Under the pieces are notes generated by a model, which saw only the letters and a program-made list of their open reading frames with translations, did no database searches and had not been told where the DNA came from. Below are positions 19,281-29,656 of a DNA stretch of 64,000 nt, piece after piece. Source of the DNA: Gemmatimonadaceae bacterium (GTDB taxonomy: Bacteria; Gemmatimonadota; Gemmatimonadetes; Gemmatimonadales; Gemmatimonadaceae); the NCBI GenBank assembly GCA_020851035.1, contig JADZDM010000002.1, positions 3,995 to 67,994 of the forward strand, in the 5' to 3' direction. Position 1 is the first letter of the stretch; each line of letters opens with the position of its first letter. Position numbers and translations under genes: made by a program.

Positions 19281-19697
19281 TCAATACGCGAGCCGCACGA
19301 CCAGCGTCGTGTCGCGCTGCACGGTCACCTGGGCCTCGGTGAAGCGGGGTGCGCGAAACCGCGCCCGGACATCCCGGCTCACCCCATACCCTTCCTTCGG
19401 GATGCCAAGAAAGTTCGCGTCGAGCTTGCCGTTGGCGTTGGCGTCGTGGTGCACGGCGATGGCGTAGGTGCCGGCCGTGGTCTCGAAGGTCAGGGTGGCC
19501 TCCGGCTCCCGCACGGGCACGTCCTGGTTGGCCGAGGGAGCCGGTCCGGGGAAGCCGGTGCCAGGGGCCTGGTGCAGCGCCACGTGCATCACGCCGCCAC
19601 GGTCAGCGCGGATTCCGACCAGCCGCACGGTGACCCGAACCGGGTGTGGCTGGGTTGCGGAAAGGCCCAGGAGGGCGAGACCGAGGAAGAATCGCAT
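19281..19697 (-). CDS. DUF2141 domain protein, secreted
   Basis: ORF 19281..19790 trimmed to ATG 19695-19697 (signal peptide MRFFLGLALLGLSA). ..AIAVHHDANANGKLDANFLGIPKEGYGVS.. Confidence 0.75.
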   Translation of the reverse strand: MRFFLGLALLGLSATQPHPVRVTVRLVGIRADRGGVMHVALHQAPGTGFPGPAPSANQDVPVREPEATLTFETTAGTYAIAVHHDANANGKLDANFLGIPKEGYGVSRDVRARFRAPRFTEAQVTVQRDTTLVVRLAY

Positions 19698-19861
19698 GCC
19701 GGACACCTGTCTCGAAAGTCGGAGGTCGGACCGCAGCAGCGCATCCCGGGGCTCAATGCGCGGGGCGCCGCAGAGGGTCCACGATGCCACCCGGCCACTC
19801 CTGACGCCGCAAGGCAGACCCCGACGGCTCTCGGACGGGCGGACGGGGTGATATTCCCGGG

Positions 19862-20404
19862 ATGTCTCCCTCCGCTCCCCCGCCCCCCGTCACGATCCGC
19901 GCCGCGCACCCCGGTGATGCCGCCGCCCTCACCGAGCTGGGACGGCGCACCTTCACCGAGACGTTCGGTGCCGACAATACCGCCGAGGACCTGTCGGCGT
20001 TCCTCGACGCCGCCTACACCGAGGCGATCCAGGAGCGGGAACTGCGGGAGCCGACGCTGCAGTACCTCGTCGCGGAGCGGGATGCGTCGCTGGTGGGCTT
20101 CTCCCTGCTGCGCCGCGGCAAGCCCTGTTCGTTCGTGGCTGACCCGGCAGCGCTGGAGATCCAGCGCTTCTACGTGGACGCGACCTGCCACGGCACGGGC
20201 CTGGCGCAGCGCCTGATGGATGCCACGGTGGCCGAGGCGCGCCGCGCCGGTGCACGCACGCTCTTCCTCGGCGTGTGGGAGCGCAACGCGCGTGCGATCC
20301 GCTTCTATGCGGCGCAGGGCTTCGCGCAGGTCGGCACGCAGGTCTTCACGGTCGGCAGCGATGACCAGACCGACGCGGTGATGGTCCGACACCTCGATCC
20401 CTGA
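19862..20404 (+). CDS. GNAT family N-acetyltransferase
   Basis: 180 aa. ..IQRFYVDATCHGTGLAQRLMDATVAEARRAGARTLFLGVWERNARAIRFYAAQGF.. Confidence 0.85.
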   Translation: MSPSAPPPPVTIRAAHPGDAAALTELGRRTFTETFGADNTAEDLSAFLDAAYTEAIQERELREPTLQYLVAERDASLVGFSLLRRGKPCSFVADPAALEIQRFYVDATCHGTGLAQRLMDATVAEARRAGARTLFLGVWERNARAIRFYAAQGFAQVGTQVFTVGSDDQTDAVMVRHLDP

Positions 20405-20411
20405 CGCCGGC

Positions 20412-20440
20412 CGCGTGGCGCGACGATCGTGCGCCACGCG
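20412..20440. terminator. Hairpin between convergent genes
   Basis: CGCGTGGCGC (20412-20421), a 9-nt loop, then GCGCCACGCG (20431-20440). No U-tract. Confidence 0.45.
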
Positions 20441-20449
20441 ACCTGCGGA

Positions 20450-21406
20450 TCAGGGCTTGATGCGCTGCGGCAGGATGATGAACTGTCCGCGGTCGAGGTA
20501 CTCCGCCGCGTTGGCGGTGGCGGGTGCCGGCACCGGCACCGCACTGACCACGACCGTCCGCACTGACGGCAGTCGGCGGCGCACCCGCGCCGCCGTGCCG
20601 AGGCCGAAGTCGCTGTGGAACGCGCCGTTGAAGTGCACGACGATCGCGGTACCACCGGCCTTCGTGAAGGCCGTCGCAATCGCCTCCGCCATCGTCTCGT
20701 CCTTCACGCACTGCGATTCGTAGAACAGGTCGGCCATCGGGCGCGCGCCCGCTGCGGGAGGCGGGCCGCCATGGCCGGCCCCCATCACCTCCACGAAGTT
20801 CGCGTAGTACTTGTCCTTCGGGCAGGCGAGGTCACGCGCCACGAGCCCACGATCCGCTGCCGGCAGCGAGTCCACCGCCGGCAGCCCGCGCCGGCTGACG
20901 GTGCTCGCCAGCCGTCGTGGCACATTGGACGCAACCACCGGCCAGCCGCGCGCCTTCGCCAGCTCGACGAGCGGGCGGTAGTCGGCGCCGTAGTTGGGCC
21001 AGGGGCGCGACTGCGCCCGGAAGTCCGCCTCGCTGAGCGTGCCGGCGAGGTACGCGTCCACCAGGGACTGCACGTCGCGCTCGAACATCTCCAGCGAGAG
21101 CACCACGGCACGGCGCCGCTCACCGATGGCGGTGAGCAGTGCGAGCTCGGCGCGGTGCGTCTCCTCGTCGTCATGCTGCTCACCGAAGAACACCACGTCA
21201 GCCCTGGACACCTCGTCGGCGAGGCGGCTGAAGGGAATGGTCTGTCCGCCACCCGCCTCCACCACGCGCGGGGCGGCCGCCCCCGCACCGGCCGGCACCG
21301 GCGCGATGTTCGTCGCCGCACCGCCGGCGCGGGTACCGGTGCATCCGGTGAAGGCGAGGACCGCGGCGAGGAGCGGTGCCACACGTGCGAAGGACTGCGT
21401 CGTCAT
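20450..21406 (-). CDS. ChaN/Tiki (DUF399) family lipoprotein
   Basis: Lipobox LAFTGC. ..VVFFGEQHDDEETHRAELALL..LSLEMFERDVQ.. Start is ATG 21406, or 21436 as in the track ORF. Confidence 0.8.
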   Translation of the reverse strand: MTTQSFARVAPLLAAVLAFTGCTGTRAGGAATNIAPVPAGAGAAAPRVVEAGGGQTIPFSRLADEVSRADVVFFGEQHDDEETHRAELALLTAIGERRRAVVLSLEMFERDVQSLVDAYLAGTLSEADFRAQSRPWPNYGADYRPLVELAKARGWPVVASNVPRRLASTVSRRGLPAVDSLPAADRGLVARDLACPKDKYYANFVEVMGAGHGGPPPAAGARPMADLFYESQCVKDETMAEAIATAFTKAGGTAIVVHFNGAFHSDFGLGTAARVRRRLPSVRTVVVSAVPVPAPATANAAEYLDRGQFIILPQRIKP

Positions 21407-21446
21407 GCGGAATGTCGGAAAGAGGGAAGCAGGCACGGGCCGCCGG

Positions 21447-24400
21447 TCAGCTGATCGGCGGCGCCGTCTTCACGACCTTGCGCACCGTCACGCCGGGCAC
21501 CTGGCCGTCCTGCAGCAGCTTGTTGAAGGCGGGGACGTCCACCTGCTCGATGGTGTCGATCTCGCCACGGATCGCGGCCCATTGCTGGTCGAGTTCCGCG
21601 AGACGTTCGCGCGCGGCGCGGGTGAGCACCGGGTTGCCCTCGACCTGGCCCATGAGGAAGCCGAACTGGCCGTTGATGCCGTTGGCGTAGTTGATGATGT
21701 CCTGGCCGTTGGCCGCGCGCGTGGTGAGGCGCGGATCCATCGTCTCGAGCTTCGTCACGAGCCCCTTGCCGGCGGCGGCGATGGCAGCGGCGTTGGAGGC
21801 ATCACGGCCGCGCACCAGAGCGCCCTGCACCTGGCCGCGCGTGTCGCGGAGGCGCAGCACGGCGTCGTGGATCTCGCGGATGCGCTCGGCGATGACGGCC
21901 GACACCGAGTCACGCTCGGCGACCTGCGCCACCGGCACGGTCAGTCGGGGGTCCTGCAGGACGGTGAGCGGCTGTGTCCTGACGGTGGCGCCCATGGTCA
22001 TCCGCACGCTGTAGGTGCCCGGCGAGACACGCGCGCCCCCGCTGCCCGGTGCGCCGAAGAGGACCACGCCCGCCAGGCGCGTCGGCGCGGTGCGCCGCAG
22101 GTCCCAGTTGACGACGTTCAGGCCGGCGCGTGGCCGGAGGCGCGCAGGGACCACCGAGTCCTTCGATGAGTAAGTGCGCAGCACGGTGCCCTTCGCATCG
22201 AGGAACTCGAACGTGATGGCGGTGGCGCTGTCCGGCGCGCTGGCCAGGCGGTAGTAGACCGCGGCACCGGGCACCGGGTTGCGGCCGGCGTTGCGCGCCG
22301 GTGCGGGAGGGCCACCGGCGAGCACCGCAGCGCGCGGTGCATACAGGTGCGCCGCGGCGGCCACGACGTCGGCGCCGTGCTGGCGAAGTGGCGAGAGGTC
22401 GTCCAGGATCCAGAAGGCGCGGCCCTCGGTGGCTGCGACGAGGTCGCCGTCGTGCACCTCGAGATCGGTGACCGGCACCACCGGGAACTTCACCGGGAAC
22501 GGCGTCCACTGCGCGCCGCCGTCATACGACAGGTAGAGCCCCGTCTCGGTGCCGGCGTAGAGCAGCCCCCTCCGCGCCGGGTCCTCGCGCACCACGCGCA
22601 CCGGCTCGCCGTCGCGGAGGCCGGACACCAGTCGCGTCCAGGTGGCGCCGTAGTCGGTGGACTTGAAGACGTGCGGCGTGTTGTCGCCGATGCGGTCGGT
22701 GCGGAACGCCACGTAGACGGTGGCCGGGTCGTGCGGGGAGACCTCGATCTCGTTGGTGAGCCCGTCGGCCAGGCCCTTCGGCGTGACGTTCGTCCAGGTG
22801 GCACCGCCGTCGCGCGTGAGCTGCACCAGGCCGTCGTCGGTGCCGACGTACACCACCTTCGCGTCGTGCGGCGACTCGTGGATGACGACGATGGTCCCGT
22901 AGACCTCACCACCGGCGCCCTCGTTCGTGATCGGGCCACCGCCCTTCCCCTGGCGCGACTTGTCGTTCTTCGTCAGGTCGCCGCCGAGCGGGGTCCAGCT
23001 CTGGCCGCGGTCGGAGGACTTGAACAGCACGTTCCCACCGTGGTAGACCACGTTCCCGTCGTGCTGCGAGACGCGGATCGGGGCGGTCCAGTTGAAGCGG
23101 TACCGCGTCCGGTCGGTGGGCTCGGTGAGGTTCATCGCCGGCCACGGCATGATGTCACGCGACAGGCCGGTCTCCTGATCGAGCTCGTCGATGAGCCCCT
23201 GGTAGCAGCCGCCATAGACGTAGCGCGAGTCCTTCGGCCCGACACCGATGTTGGCGCTCTCGCACCCCGGGCCGTTCCACCAGTCGCGCACATCGATCGC
23301 GAAGCCGTCGCTGCGGCTGCGGATGATCACGCTGGAGTTGTCCTGCTGGCCGGAGTACAGCTTGTACGGGTAGTCGTGGTCGGTGGTGACGTGGTAGAAC
23401 TGGGCGGTGGGCTGGTTGTCCTGGGTGCTCCAGCTGGTGCCGCCATCGAGCGACACGGACACGCCGCCATCGTTGGCGTTCGCCATGTAGCGGCTGTCGG
23501 TCGGGTTGATCCAGAGGTGGTGGTTGTCGCCATGGGTCGCCTCGACCACGCGGAAGGTGCGGCCGCCGTCGATCGACTTGAGCACCGGCGCGTTGGTGAC
23601 CCAGACGATGTCGGGGTTCTTCGGGTCGGCGGTGACCTTCATGTAGTACCAGCTGCGCGTCTGGATGAGGCGATCCTCGGACTGCCGCGACCAGGTCCGA
23701 CCGGCGTCATCGGAGCGATAGAGCCCGCCGCGTTCGGCCTCGACGATCGCGAACACGCGATCGGGATTGGCCGGCGAGACGCTGATGCCGATCTTGCCCA
23801 TCAGCGACGGCAGCCCCTCGGTGAGGCGCGTCCAGGTGTCGCCGCCGTCGACCGACTTCCAGATGCCGCTGCCCTCCCCGCCGCTGCGCACCATCCACGG
23901 CGTGCGCTGGTGATCCCAGAACGTGGCGTAGAGGATGCGCGGGTTGGTCGCATCCATCGAGAGGTCGCTGGCGCCGCTGAAGGCGTTGACACCCTTGAGC
24001 ACCTGCGTCCAGGTGACGCCGCCGTCCCTCGAGCGGTAGATGCCGCGATCAGCGGACGCCTTCCAGCGATCCCCCTGCGCCGCGACGTACACCACGTTCG
24101 GGTCGGTCGGGTGGACCCGCACGGCGGAGATCTGTCGCGTGCTGCGCAGGCCGATGTTGCTCCAGGTGCGTCCCTGGTCGGTGCTGCGGTACACGCCGTC
24201 GCCATAGCTCGACGACTGTCCGCGGATCGCCTCCTCGCCGGTGCCGACGTAGAGCACGTTCGCATCCGACGGTGCCACGGCAATGGCACCGATGGAGCCC
24301 GTCCGGAACCAGCCGTCGGAGATGTTGCGCCAGTTGAGCCCCGCATCGTCGGTGCGCCAGAGCCCACCGCCGGTGTAGCCGGCGAAGTAGGTCAGGGGCT

Positions 24401-24608
24401 GCGCCGGGATGCCGGCCGCCGCATTGGCTCGCCCGCCGCGGAACGGGCCGACGTTGCGCCACTGCAGGGCGCGGAAGGCGGCCGTGTCCGGCGCGGCGAC
24501 GGTGGCGGCGGCCGGCATGGCGGCGGGCCGGCGCTGGGCCCCGACGGGCAGGGTCGTCGCCGCGAGCATCACTGCCGCGAGGCCTGGGGAGAAAAGTCGG
24601 CGGTGCAT
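21447..24608 (-). CDS. Sortilin/VPS10-type BNR-repeat protein, secreted
   Basis: ORF 21447..24728 trimmed to ATG 24606-24608 (MHRRLFSPGLAAVMLAATTLPVGAQ). Repeated Asp-box motifs: YRSTDQGRTWS, YRSRDGGVTWT, WKSVDGGDTWT, YRSDDAGRTWS, SLDGGTSWS, KSSDRGQSWT. Confidence 0.85.
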   Translation of the reverse strand: MHRRLFSPGLAAVMLAATTLPVGAQRRPAAMPAAATVAAPDTAAFRALQWRNVGPFRGGRANAAAGIPAQPLTYFAGYTGGGLWRTDDAGLNWRNISDGWFRTGSIGAIAVAPSDANVLYVGTGEEAIRGQSSSYGDGVYRSTDQGRTWSNIGLRSTRQISAVRVHPTDPNVVYVAAQGDRWKASADRGIYRSRDGGVTWTQVLKGVNAFSGASDLSMDATNPRILYATFWDHQRTPWMVRSGGEGSGIWKSVDGGDTWTRLTEGLPSLMGKIGISVSPANPDRVFAIVEAERGGLYRSDDAGRTWSRQSEDRLIQTRSWYYMKVTADPKNPDIVWVTNAPVLKSIDGGRTFRVVEATHGDNHHLWINPTDSRYMANANDGGVSVSLDGGTSWSTQDNQPTAQFYHVTTDHDYPYKLYSGQQDNSSVIIRSRSDGFAIDVRDWWNGPGCESANIGVGPKDSRYVYGGCYQGLIDELDQETGLSRDIMPWPAMNLTEPTDRTRYRFNWTAPIRVSQHDGNVVYHGGNVLFKSSDRGQSWTPLGGDLTKNDKSRQGKGGGPITNEGAGGEVYGTIVVIHESPHDAKVVYVGTDDGLVQLTRDGGATWTNVTPKGLADGLTNEIEVSPHDPATVYVAFRTDRIGDNTPHVFKSTDYGATWTRLVSGLRDGEPVRVVREDPARRGLLYAGTETGLYLSYDGGAQWTPFPVKFPVVPVTDLEVHDGDLVAATEGRAFWILDDLSPLRQHGADVVAAAAHLYAPRAAVLAGGPPAPARNAGRNPVPGAAVYYRLASAPDSATAITFEFLDAKGTVLRTYSSKDSVVPARLRPRAGLNVVNWDLRRTAPTRLAGVVLFGAPGSGGARVSPGTYSVRMTMGATVRTQPLTVLQDPRLTVPVAQVAERDSVSAVIAERIREIHDAVLRLRDTRGQVQGALVRGRDASNAAAIAAAGKGLVTKLETMDPRLTTRAANGQDIINYANGINGQFGFLMGQVEGNPVLTRAARERLAELDQQWAAIRGEIDTIEQVDVPAFNKLLQDGQVPGVTVRKVVKTAPPIS

Positions 24609-24782
24609 CACTGATCCGGGCGGGGGGAAGGTCAGGAGCAGCACGGCCACGCAGCGGCCGCGGTGCGACAGCGGAAATAAAGCGACCTGACAGGCCGGTG
24701 AGGACCGGTGAGGACCGTTGAGGGCCACCGGGGGCAGGCCGGTGCGCCGGGCGTGTCCCTCCCCCGTCGCGCGGCGCCGGCG

Positions 24783-26699
24783 TCAGCGTGTCAGGTAGTC
24801 GGCGAACGACGCCTGGAGCAGCGCACTGCCGTTCCGCTGGTGCACGGCGGCGCTGCGGGGCGAACGGTCGGTCATGCGACGCGCACGCTCGTCGTAGACC
24901 ACCCAGCCGCGCCGGTCGACATACGAGAAGCCGTCGCCATGTGAGAACCATGCGAAGCCATCGTCGCCCGGCCGGAACAGGGACTGGCCCCAGCGGAAGC
25001 CAACCGGCGCCACACCCAGCGCGCCGAGCAGCGTGGGCGCGAGATCCACCGACGAGCCGATGCGGTGCACGACGGTGTCGCGGACGCGCAGCGCGCCGCC
25101 AAGCCAGAGCATCGGGATGTGGTGGCGCGCCACCAGGGATTCCTGCTCCGCGCCGGGCTGCTGTGGCAGGGGGCTGCCGTGATCGGCGATGAGCACGACC
25201 AGCGTGCTGTCCCACCAAGGCCGGCGCGATGCGCTGTCGAGGAAGGCGCCCACGCTGGCGTCGGTGTAGTGGTGCGCGTTGCGGAACTGGGTGGACTCAT
25301 CATCCCCGGGGAAGACCGGTGGCACCGGGGTCTCGAACGGCTCATGGCTGCTCAGCGTGAAGACCGTGGAGAAGAAGGGTCGCGGTTCGGACGCCAGCTC
25401 GCGCAGTGCGCGCCCGAGTACCACGTGGTCGTGCGCCCCCCACTTGGAGTTCCGCTCCTGCGCGGTGAAGGCGTCGATGCCGGTGAGCCGGTCGAACCCG
25501 CCATGCAGCAGGTAGGCCTTCATGTTGGCGAAGGCGAGCTCCCCGCCGTAGTAGTACGACGTTCGATAGCCGGCGCCGCGCAGGGTCCGCCCGAGCTGCG
25601 GCAGCGCCGCCGCCTTCTGCGGCCGCGTCATGATCGCCTCGTTCGGCACCGAGGGAAAGCCGCTGAGGATCGACACCAGGCCCTGCGCACTGCGGTCACC
25701 GGAGGCGAACACCGAGTCGAAGAGGATGCCGGCGTGACTCCACCGATCGAACTGCGGCGTGACGTCGGCGCGCCCCCCGAGCCGGCCCACGACCTTGGCG
25801 GTGAAGCTCTCCCACACGATCAGGATGACGTTCGGGCGGGGGACGCGCAGCAGTGCCGTGCCCATGCCCGCCACCGGCGGCGGGTACAGGCTGTCCACGA
25901 CCCACCGCGCATCGGCCTCCGGGAGCGCGGCGTACGGATTCGTGGTCGGAACCTTGCTGTCGGCGATCGTGGTCGACAGCAGCGTCCAGCCGGCGTTCTG
26001 CGCCGCCATGTTCGCGATCTCGGAGTGAGAGAACGCCACGGTGCTCTCGTTCAGCGGCGTCCACTGCCACCCGCCACGGATGGGCAGGACGAGCAGCAGG
26101 CCGGTCACGATCACCCCCAGGGTCACCGGCACGACCCGCAGGCCGCGCACAGGCGCCAGCCGGCGCACGGCGCCACGCGTGACCCGCAGGTGCAGCCAGA
26201 GCGTGAGCGGAAGCAGCATGGCGAGCAGCCACGCCAGTGGGCCGACGGCGGTGCTCGATGCCGAGGCATAGGCCTCGCGAGGTGAACCGAGGAAGGTCCA
26301 CAGGCTGGCATCGATGCGGTGACGCCAGGCACCGAAGGTCCCGATGTCACTCAGCGTGATGATCGTCACGAACGCGGTCGAGAGCGTCGTGACCGCAGCC
26401 AGCAGCCACCGCGTGACCGCCGCAGGTGCCGCGACCGTCAACGAGAGCACCAGCCAGTGCAGCGCGGTGAGGTATGCGGCCGCAGAGAGGTCCATGCGCG
26501 CCCCGTGCAGGAAGCTCGCCGTCACCTGACCCTGCTCCGACGCGGGCACCAGCTGCCAGTGCCATGCCACGAAGAGCGCCCGCGCCAGCGTGAACCAGAC
26601 CAGCCAGAAGAGTAGCGTGCGCAACAGTATCGACGTCCGCGTGCGCCATGCGGGCCCTGCCATGGCATCCGGGACTGCATCTGGGGTCATCGCGTTCAA
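24783..26699 (-). CDS. LTA-synthase/phosphoglycerol-transferase family sulfatase-fold membrane protein
   Basis: 638 aa. N-terminal TM helices followed by an alkaline-phosphatase-superfamily domain (..NVILIVWESFTAK.., ..VVLIADHGSPL..). Confidence 0.85.
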   Translation of the reverse strand: MNAMTPDAVPDAMAGPAWRTRTSILLRTLLFWLVWFTLARALFVAWHWQLVPASEQGQVTASFLHGARMDLSAAAYLTALHWLVLSLTVAAPAAVTRWLLAAVTTLSTAFVTIITLSDIGTFGAWRHRIDASLWTFLGSPREAYASASSTAVGPLAWLLAMLLPLTLWLHLRVTRGAVRRLAPVRGLRVVPVTLGVIVTGLLLVLPIRGGWQWTPLNESTVAFSHSEIANMAAQNAGWTLLSTTIADSKVPTTNPYAALPEADARWVVDSLYPPPVAGMGTALLRVPRPNVILIVWESFTAKVVGRLGGRADVTPQFDRWSHAGILFDSVFASGDRSAQGLVSILSGFPSVPNEAIMTRPQKAAALPQLGRTLRGAGYRTSYYYGGELAFANMKAYLLHGGFDRLTGIDAFTAQERNSKWGAHDHVVLGRALRELASEPRPFFSTVFTLSSHEPFETPVPPVFPGDDESTQFRNAHHYTDASVGAFLDSASRRPWWDSTLVVLIADHGSPLPQQPGAEQESLVARHHIPMLWLGGALRVRDTVVHRIGSSVDLAPTLLGALGVAPVGFRWGQSLFRPGDDGFAWFSHGDGFSYVDRRGWVVYDERARRMTDRSPRSAAVHQRNGSALLQASFADYLTR

Positions 26700-26896
26700 G
26701 CACGCTGCAGGGTCAACACGTCAGCAATCGTCACCGTCGTGACGCGCTGGAGACACGATCAATACTCACGGTTCAGGCCGTGTTCCGCCACCATCGGACC
26801 CGTCGGAAACCGGCGTTCCGCAGCGCGCGATAGTCATCAGCGATCCGACCCGCGACATTCCCCCGGCCCGTTGCACCTGCCCTTTCCCGACCGCCG

Positions 26897-28135
26897 ATGA
26901 CTTCCCGCTCACCGCACCTGCCACGATCCACTCCCGCCGCCCCGCGCCCGCGCCCGGCGTGGCCCCGGATCCTCGCGCTGGGTGCCGTCCTGAGCGGATG
27001 CGCCGCCGTGCACCGCCCCGCCACCACGGTCCCGGCGCTGCTGCGCGATGCGGACGTCGCCCGCACCGCCGAGCACACGCTGCGCGACACGGTGGTCGCG
27101 CGGCTGGCGCGGCGCGCGGTCGCGAGCCCGGACCACTCCCTCGACATCCTGCTGCTGTCGGGCGGCGGGCAGAACGGCGCGTACGGCATCGGCTTCCTCC
27201 GCGGGTGGCGTGAGCGCACCGACACGCCGATGCCGAAGTTCGACCTGATCACGGCGATCAGCACCGGTGCCCTGCAGGCGCCGTTCGTGTTGATGGGCAC
27301 GCCGGCGGCACTGGACACGATCACGATGTTGTACCGCCGCTCCGCCGACCGCATCGCCCCGTCCCTCGACTGGCTGTTCTGGCTCCGCAGGACCGGGGGC
27401 GTGGTGAACACGAAGCGCTACGATGCCAGCCTGCGCACCATCATCGACGGGGCGTTCCGTGACTCGTTGCGCGCGGCCTTCGCCGAGGACCGGCAGGTGG
27501 TGTTCGGCACGACGGACCTGGACCTCGGCATCGGGCGCGCGTGGGACCTGTCGGGCGCGCTGGCCGGTGATGCCGACACGGGGCTGGTGCGCACCCGGGC
27601 GCTGCTGAAGGCCGCATCGGCCATCCCGGGAATCTTCCCGCCGGTGGTGCACGACGGGCACGTGCACTCCGACGGCGGGATCGTGACCAACATCCTCCAG
27701 CTGCTCACGCTCGATGACTACGCCGCGATGGTGGCGCGCGTGCGCGCGGCCGGCGTGGCCGCGCCGGTGTCGGTCCGGCTCTGGGTGATCGTGAACGGCT
27801 GGACGCATGCTGCGCCGGTGGTGATGAACCCGGCCAGCCGCAGGCAGATCAACGGCCGGTGGGGTGGCGTGATGTTCTTCACGCACCAGCCGCAGGCCAT
27901 CGAGGGGCTGGACAACCTCGCGCGCGCGGCATCGGCGGCGGTGCCGGGGCTGTCGATGCAGATGCGCTTCACGGCGATCCCCTCCGAGGTGGCGATCGAC
28001 CCGCTCGCGAGCACACTGTTCAATGCATCGTTCATGGCGCAGCTCGAGGCCCTCGGCACGAGCCGCGCCCGCAGCACCAAGCCGTGGGACGTGATCGTCT
28101 CACCCTACACCCGCCCCGTTCCGGCCCTTCCGTGA
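26897..28135 (+). CDS. Patatin-like phospholipase lipoprotein
   Basis: Lipobox LSGC. Oxyanion hole GGGQNGAYG, nucleophile segment AISTGA, catalytic HSDGGIV. Confidence 0.85.
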   Translation: MTSRSPHLPRSTPAAPRPRPAWPRILALGAVLSGCAAVHRPATTVPALLRDADVARTAEHTLRDTVVARLARRAVASPDHSLDILLLSGGGQNGAYGIGFLRGWRERTDTPMPKFDLITAISTGALQAPFVLMGTPAALDTITMLYRRSADRIAPSLDWLFWLRRTGGVVNTKRYDASLRTIIDGAFRDSLRAAFAEDRQVVFGTTDLDLGIGRAWDLSGALAGDADTGLVRTRALLKAASAIPGIFPPVVHDGHVHSDGGIVTNILQLLTLDDYAAMVARVRAAGVAAPVSVRLWVIVNGWTHAAPVVMNPASRRQINGRWGGVMFFTHQPQAIEGLDNLARAASAAVPGLSMQMRFTAIPSEVAIDPLASTLFNASFMAQLEALGTSRARSTKPWDVIVSPYTRPVPALP

Positions 28136-29088
28136 TCGTCCCGGCACTGCCCTCGACACGCCGCGTCGCGATCATCGCGACCGTGCTCCTCGCATTGCAC
28201 CTCGGTGCGCCCGCTGCCGTCGCCGTGGCGCAGCGCGCCGCGCCGCCCCAGCGCATCACCGTCACCTCCGACGGGCACGCGCTCACCGTCTGGGCGCGCC
28301 AGGCGCCGCGGGCACGCGGCGTGGTGGTGCTGCTCCACGGCCGCACCTGGTCTGCCCTGCCCGACTTCGACCTCGCGGTCCCCGGTGAGGACCTGTCGGT
28401 GATGCGCGCGTTCGTGCGGCGTGGCTACACCGTATATGCGCTGGATGCGCGCGGCTACGGCGGCACGCCGCGCGATGCCAGCGGATGGCTGACGCCGAAC
28501 CAGGCCGCACGGGACGTGGCGGCCGTGCTGCGCGCGGTGGCCGCGCGACACCCGGCGCTGCCGAGACCCACGCTGGTCGGCTGGTCGTACGGCTCGATGG
28601 TCGCCCACCTGACGCTGCAGCAGGAACCGGCGCTGGCTTCGGGCGTGGTGCTGTTCGGCTACCCGCGTGACCCCGACATGCGGCTCGCCTCGACCGGTGA
28701 CACGGTGACCCCGCCGCGCGCGGCCAACACGGCCGCGAATGCCGCCAGTGACTTCATCATCCCGGGTTCGATCACGCCGGCCGCCGTGCAGGCGTATGTC
28801 ACGGCGGCGCTGCAGGCAGATCCGGTCCGGTCGGACTGGCGCGGGCTCGAGGAGTGGAACGCCCTGTCGCCGGAACGCCTCACGCTGCCGGTGCTCCTGT
28901 TGCACGGGGAGAAGGACCCCTTCACGCCGGTGGCATCACAGGCGAAGACCTTCACGCGCCTCGGGTCGCCGGACCGGCAGTGGGTGATCCTCGCCGGCGG
29001 CGACCATGCCGCGCTTCTGGAAGCGACCGCGCCGGCATTCATCGCCGCCATCACGGCGTTCATCGAGCGCCCGCCGCTGCGGCGCTGA
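28132..29088 (+). CDS. Alpha/beta hydrolase, secreted
   Basis: GTG 28132 overlaps the patatin stop (GTGA). ..VVVLLHGRTWS.., nucleophile GWSYGS, ..LLLHGEKDPF..GGDHAALLE.. Confidence 0.8.
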   Translation: MIVPALPSTRRVAIIATVLLALHLGAPAAVAVAQRAAPPQRITVTSDGHALTVWARQAPRARGVVVLLHGRTWSALPDFDLAVPGEDLSVMRAFVRRGYTVYALDARGYGGTPRDASGWLTPNQAARDVAAVLRAVAARHPALPRPTLVGWSYGSMVAHLTLQQEPALASGVVLFGYPRDPDMRLASTGDTVTPPRAANTAANAASDFIIPGSITPAAVQAYVTAALQADPVRSDWRGLEEWNALSPERLTLPVLLLHGEKDPFTPVASQAKTFTRLGSPDRQWVILAGGDHAALLEATAPAFIAAITAFIERPPLRR

Positions 29089-29217
29089 TCGCCCCTCACC
29101 CGGACAGGCGATCCACGCGCGCGTGCACGGGGCATAGGTTCTCCGCCGTTGCCACCCGGTGTCCGCGATCGAGCCGCGGCGCCGGGACCGGAGTCCGTCC
29201 GACACAAGGGGTTGCGC

Positions 29218-29556
29218 GTGGACCAGGATCAGCGGGTGCGGCTGGGAGGCGTGTTCTTCGTCGTCATGGGCGGTGTGCTGGGCTGGCTCTCCATCTGGCG
29301 GCCGTACCAGGAGGCGCTTGGCGGCAGCCCGACCGTGCAGCTCAACCGGACCGGGATCGGGCTGGCGATCCTGCTGCCACTGATGGGTGTGCTCCTTGCT
29401 GCCGGCGGCGACACGGTGGTGCAGCACCTCAAGGCGAACACCGCTGGCAGAAAGACGCCGCGCGGCTGGCTCTACATCGGTGTCATCGCGGCCATCGCAC
29501 TCGGAGCGTTCCTGCTCGTCCAGGCGCAGTTCGAGTCGATGGGCTACACGATCTGA
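29218..29556 (+). CDS. Small membrane protein
   Basis: Track ORF 29149..29556. GTG 29218 is preceded by AAGGGG. TM helices LGGVFFVVMGGVLGWLSIW, IGLAILLPLMGVLLAAGG and WLYIGVIAAIALGAFLLV. Confidence 0.5.
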   Translation: MDQDQRVRLGGVFFVVMGGVLGWLSIWRPYQEALGGSPTVQLNRTGIGLAILLPLMGVLLAAGGDTVVQHLKANTAGRKTPRGWLYIGVIAAIALGAFLLVQAQFESMGYTI

Positions 29557-29593
29557 CACCGTCGCGCCTGCGTCACACGACACGATGCACATG

Positions 29594-29633
29594 CACACGG
29601 GGCCCCGCAGCCGATGCCGCGGGGCCCCGTGTG
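29594..29633. terminator. Strong bidirectional hairpin
   Basis: Perfect 15-bp inverted repeat CACACGGGGCCCCGC / GCGGGGCCCCGTGTG with a 10-nt loop, between convergent genes. No U-tract. Confidence 0.6.
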
Positions 29634-29656
29634 CCGCGTGCGATGCCGGCGCTGGC

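Noticed and set aside
24695-24724. Tandem decamer CCGGTGAGGA x2 plus a degenerate third copy, upstream of the BNR-protein gene.
   Set aside because: It is too short and degenerate to tell apart from chance in GC-rich DNA. No supporting context.
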